A DNA stretch of 63,576 nt, filler included, from Octopus bimaculoides (taxonomy: Eukaryota), in assembly GCF_001194135.2 (NCBI RefSeq). It is 4 parts of 4 records of this genome, joined end to end, with 100 filler letters (N's around TTAATTAATTAA, not from the genome) between each part and the next. Parts side by side here need not be neighbours in the genome. Positions count along the whole stretch, not along the records: positions 56,719 to 63,576 come from NC_068993.1; 3 more parts are not named here. One strand, 5' to 3'. The notes beneath the pieces are model-generated. The model did not search any database and had not been told where the DNA came from. It was given only the letters and a program-made list of their open reading frames with translations. Below are positions 62,553-63,576 of the stretch, piece by piece (positions within the stretch are counted from its first letter, which is position 1; each line of letters opens with the position of its first letter). A program made the position numbers and the translations under genes.

Positions 62553-63274
62553 TCTGTATTCGTACATGTATAAATGCGCGCACACATTGACACTCATATC
62601 ATACGCGCACACGCACGCATACATACATACATGATATGTGCGCACGCACTTCTGCGCGTGCACGTGCGTGTGTATGTATGTGAACGTGGGTGTGCCTGTG
62701 TACATGTGTGTGTGCGTGTGTCCACAAGCGGTCATGTATGTATGTATGTATGGATCACCACAAGATCACATTAAGGACAAGCCTCGGGTTTCACTAAATT
62801 TTGTGAATGAAATTTCGTGGATTGAAATGGCACTTATAAACACCACACACACACACACACACACACACAATCATACACACACACATACACACTCGTATAC
62901 CTTTCTTGGAGTATATAGCTATATAAGTAAGCGGTTTGGCACAAGAAAAAAAGGGACATAGAGTTCCCTGAAAGCGTTCAAGGGGGAGCTCCAGCATGGC
63001 TGCAGCCGTACTTGAATTTAAATTAGTTCTGAGTTCGATATCTTTGCACGAGGCTTTGAAGGCGGTGCTCCAGCTTGACCGTAGTTCAATGAATGACTTC
63101 GTTAAAGAACATACGTGTGCTTGTGTGTGTGCGTGTATGGATGTACATATATTAACATATATATATGTGTGAAATTATGTGTGTGTGTGTGTGTGTGTAA
63201 AGTACACATATATGTATACAGTTACATACAGTTACATATATAAATGTATTCATAAGTATATAAACACGCATTAA

Positions 63275-63309
<35 letters not shown>

Positions 63310-63387
63310 TGTGTATATATTTGTGTGCAAGTAAAAAGTGCGCAGAGAGATAGTGTGTGGTGTATAAATATATACACATGTGTGGTG

Positions 63388-63425
<38 letters not shown>

Positions 63426-63576
63426 CATGCATGCATACATACATACATACACACATATAAAACACACACAAACATTTAGGTTGTGTTTTGTTTGTCGCCC
63501 GATAATTTGTTTATTGCCAAACAACCTGGCAAATAATCTCCTCTTGTTTACCCGCCCCCTTGCTCTTCTAATCTGC

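Noticed and set aside
715-63524. Dozens of long ORFs in the supplied track (YIYI, CVCV, THTH, SLSL, ERER and X-rich)
   Set aside because: They are translations of dinucleotide microsatellites or N gaps with no domain content.

Overview
AT-rich, microsatellite- and SINE-dense eukaryotic draft-assembly DNA with many N gaps. The SINE families and (TA/CA/GA)n load suggest an octopus or other coleoid cephalopod (inference from recalled repeat sequences, not a search). The one protein-coding gene I can firmly support is a minus-strand inositol monophosphatase (IMPA1/2 family), ~17045 to 5479. Seven of eight expected coding exons were reconstructed with GT-AG boundaries, consistent phases and intact motifs (DLVTETD, GEES, DPIDGT, WDIAAG); the ~46-nt fourth coding exon is missing and probably lies in a gap. 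The rest is transposon debris: tRNA-derived SINEs of at least three families, Ty3/Gypsy, L1/Tx1, R4/Dong-like and CR1/Jockey-like LINE fragments, piggyBac and Tc1/mariner relics and Penelope-like ends. The most notable non-coding signals are several hammerhead-ribozyme-like motifs, a ~110-nt pre-miRNA-like hairpin at 34.65-34.76 kb, and a ~32-kb CpG-depleted domain (~25.4-57.4 kb) that looks like a methylated gene body whose exons I could not identify. Almost all ORFs in the supplied track are microsatellite or gap artefacts. No CRISPR array, rRNA or bona fide tRNA gene was seen.
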